Below, one piece after another: positions 61,652-64,000 of a stretch of 64,000 bases of DNA. Under the pieces are notes generated by a model that ran no database searches, had not been told where the DNA came from, and worked only from the letters and a program-made list of their open reading frames with translations. How positions within the stretch are numbered: the first letter of the stretch is position 1; every line of letters starts with the position of its first letter. The position numbers and the translations under genes were made by a program. The DNA comes from Squalus acanthias (lineage: Eukaryota). The stretch covers positions 46,316,001 through 46,380,000 of the forward strand of contig CM059432.1 of the NCBI GenBank assembly GCA_030390025.1, in the 5' to 3' direction.

Positions 61652-62050
61652 TTTTTTTTAAATTCATTCACGGGAGGTGGGCGTCGCTGACAAGGCCGGC
61701 ATTTATTGCCCATCCCGAATTGCCCTTGAGAAGGTGGTGGTGAGCTGCTTGTTGAACCGCAGAGGGCAGTTAAGAGTCAACCACATTGCTGTGGGTCTGG
61801 AGTCACATATAGGCCAGACCGGGTAAGGACAGCAGATTTCCTTCCCTAAAGGACATTAGTGAGCCAGATGGGTTTTTATGACAATCTGGTAGTTTCATGG
61901 TCACCATTACTGTTACTAGTTTTTTTTTAATTCCAGATTTATTTAATTAATTGAATTTAAATTCCCCAGCTGCCTGTGGTGGGATTATGAATTCACATCT
62001 CCAGGCCTCTGGATTGCTAGTCCAGTAACATAACCACTATGCTACCGTAC
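61652..62050 (-). mobile_element. tRNA-headed SINE sharing its 3' tail with LINE family B
   Basis: 61652-61760 matches 221-330; tRNA-like head (reverse complement ggtagcatagtggttatgttactggactagcaatccagagg). Confidence 0.75.
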
Positions 62051-62799
62051 CAGCAGGGCATCTCTGTGGCATGTCCAGTTAGTTAGACTTTTCCTGCACA
62101 CTTCAGCTTGCAAAATTGCTGGAAGTGCGAGCTGATAACGGCAAGGGAAACAGGGCATCTGGGACCTTGAGAAATAAACAGAGGAAGGACTGAGAATGCA
62201 TTAGAGTGGGTGAATTCAATGACAAATCAAATACAGAAAAAAAAGTGGGAAAGAAAGATTAGATTAAGAGAGAGAAAAAAAAGAGACAAAGGAAAAATAA
62301 GAAAAAATTAAAAAAATTAAATTTTACATTTAAAAAATCTCCAACAACAATTCACTACCTCCATACTTTTAGTTGTTCATTTTCTGGGCCAGAAAGGTTC
62401 ATTGGCAGTCATTAACAATTATCACATCATTAAAAGGGTACTTACGCTGTTAATTACTAGATTTACTTTTCTGTGGCGAGTTTAATGGACAATTAATGTG
62501 CAAATGAAGCAACTTCATGAAACTCATAGGAAGATTAAGTGCAAGATGCTGTTTGTGCAAAACTAACAGTGGAGCAGTGCAAATCAGCCAGCAACTTGAT
62601 GCGATTCAGAATTCACGGGGTATCTCTTCCTCGCCACAAATTTCTGGCTGATTTGCACATTAATAACAGCGTGCATCATTCACACACCGTTATTGTTTCA
62701 GGGGGGGATTTTAACTCCTTTTTCTGTCTCTGAGCTGGCGTCTGCGAGTGTAATAATCAGTCATGCTTCCTCTTGTGTAGTGCTGCCCTCTTCTTGTTC

Positions 62800-64000
62800 T
62801 GTTCCCTGAGGGCTGTGCGGAGTTTTTGGATCTGAAATGGAAGAATCTGAAGTGGCCTGCACAGAGTGGTCTTAAACGGAGTGCTTCTAAATAGAGTGTT
62901 AAAGTTAGAAATTTTGAGAGAGTGGGAAGGAGGTGTTGCTTTTTGCCTCCAATACTTGTAGTGCTTTGTGTTCCAGGTAAATATTTAATTTCATCTACCT
63001 ATAACTTAATCTAGATCTAGTAATAAATTAAAATCTAAACTATAAGCTAAGTTAATTAAATACATAAACTTTAATTAATTAAATAAATAAAACAAATTTA
63101 TATAGGGATGGCAGTGCAGGTGGTATGCCGCAACTGCAGCATGTGGGAGTTTGTGGAGAGCATCGCGATCCCGATGACCACATCTGCACTAAGTGTTTGT
63201 ATCTCAATGAACTTCAGCTCAGAGTTGTTGAGCTGGAGTCCGAGGTGCAGACATTGCGGGGCATCAGGGAGGGGGAGAGTTATCTGGACACGTTGATCCA
63301 GGAGACAGTCACACCATTTAGGTTAGGTAGTGGTACAGGTCTGGTTAGTGGTCAGGGACAGGAGGGTGTGACTGCAACTCAGGGAGGTAAGGGGACCCCA
63401 GGTGCAGTGCTGGAGGAGCCTCGGCCTTTATCCTGATCCTACAGGTATGAGGTTCTTGCTGCCTGTGTGTACAAGGGCAAAGTCTGCAGGGTGGATGAGC
63501 AAACTGACACCGTGCTACAGGAGGCCATTCAAGTGGGGGAGTGAAAAGGAATGTTGTAGTGGTAGGGAGCAGTATAGTAAAGGGGAGACTGTTCTCTGCA
63601 GCCACAACCGGGAGTTGCGAAGGCTGTTTTGCCTGCCCAGTGCCAGGGTTAAAGATATCTCCTCGTGGCTGGAGAAGAACTTGGAGTGGGAGGGGGAGGA
63701 TCCAGTTGTTGTGGTCCACGTAGGAACCAACAACATAGGTAGAACTAGGAATGAGGTTCTGCTGAGAGTTTGAGGGGCTAGGGTCCAAATTAAAATGCAG
63801 AACTTCAAAGGTAATAATCTCTGGATTGTCACCTGAGCCATGCACAAATTGGCATAGGAACAAGCAGATCAGAGAGTTATATGCGTGGCTCAAAGAGTGG
63901 TGTGGAACGAAGGGGTTTCGATTCATGGGGCATTGGGGCCAGTACTGGGGAAAGAGGGAGCTGCTCAATTGGGATGGGCTCCACTTAAACCGGGCTGGGG
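62800..64000 (+). mobile_element. 5' end of CR1 LINE: 5' UTR + frameshifted ORF1 (zinc finger/coiled coil + SGNH esterase); runs off the window
   Basis: MAVQVVCRNCSMW...HICTKC..LQLRVVELESEVQTL; VVVVGSSIVKG, CLPSARVKDI, VVVHVGTNNIG; 5' boundary approximate. Confidence 0.85.

Overview
Eukaryotic, repeat-dominated vertebrate DNA, most likely from a cartilaginous fish (shark). This is inferred from SacSINE1/Deu-type SINEs together with abundant CR1, L2, Penelope and Harbinger elements. No complete host gene is present. The best host-gene signal is a CpG-rich promoter-like region with a probable first coding exon that encodes a signal-peptide-like N-terminus (32214-32354, +; gene not identified). 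A weak two-exon candidate lies at the left edge. The dominant feature is a 12.3-kb satellite of an 18-bp unit (9333-21612). It runs directly into the matching internal position of a SINE, so it looks SINE-born. It has a readable hierarchy of higher-order repeats (523/505/811 bp, then 2362 bp, then 4346 bp), and nearly every unit carries a TEAD-consensus site. Most of the rest is nested transposable elements, many with readable TSDs/TIRs. These include Penelope-like elements and fold-back derivatives carrying minimal hammerhead ribozymes, a four-level nested stack at 4.2-9.0 kb, and an 8.7-kb hAT-bounded compound insertion. The giant ORFs in the ORF track are satellite artefacts. All family assignments are by eye, not by database search.
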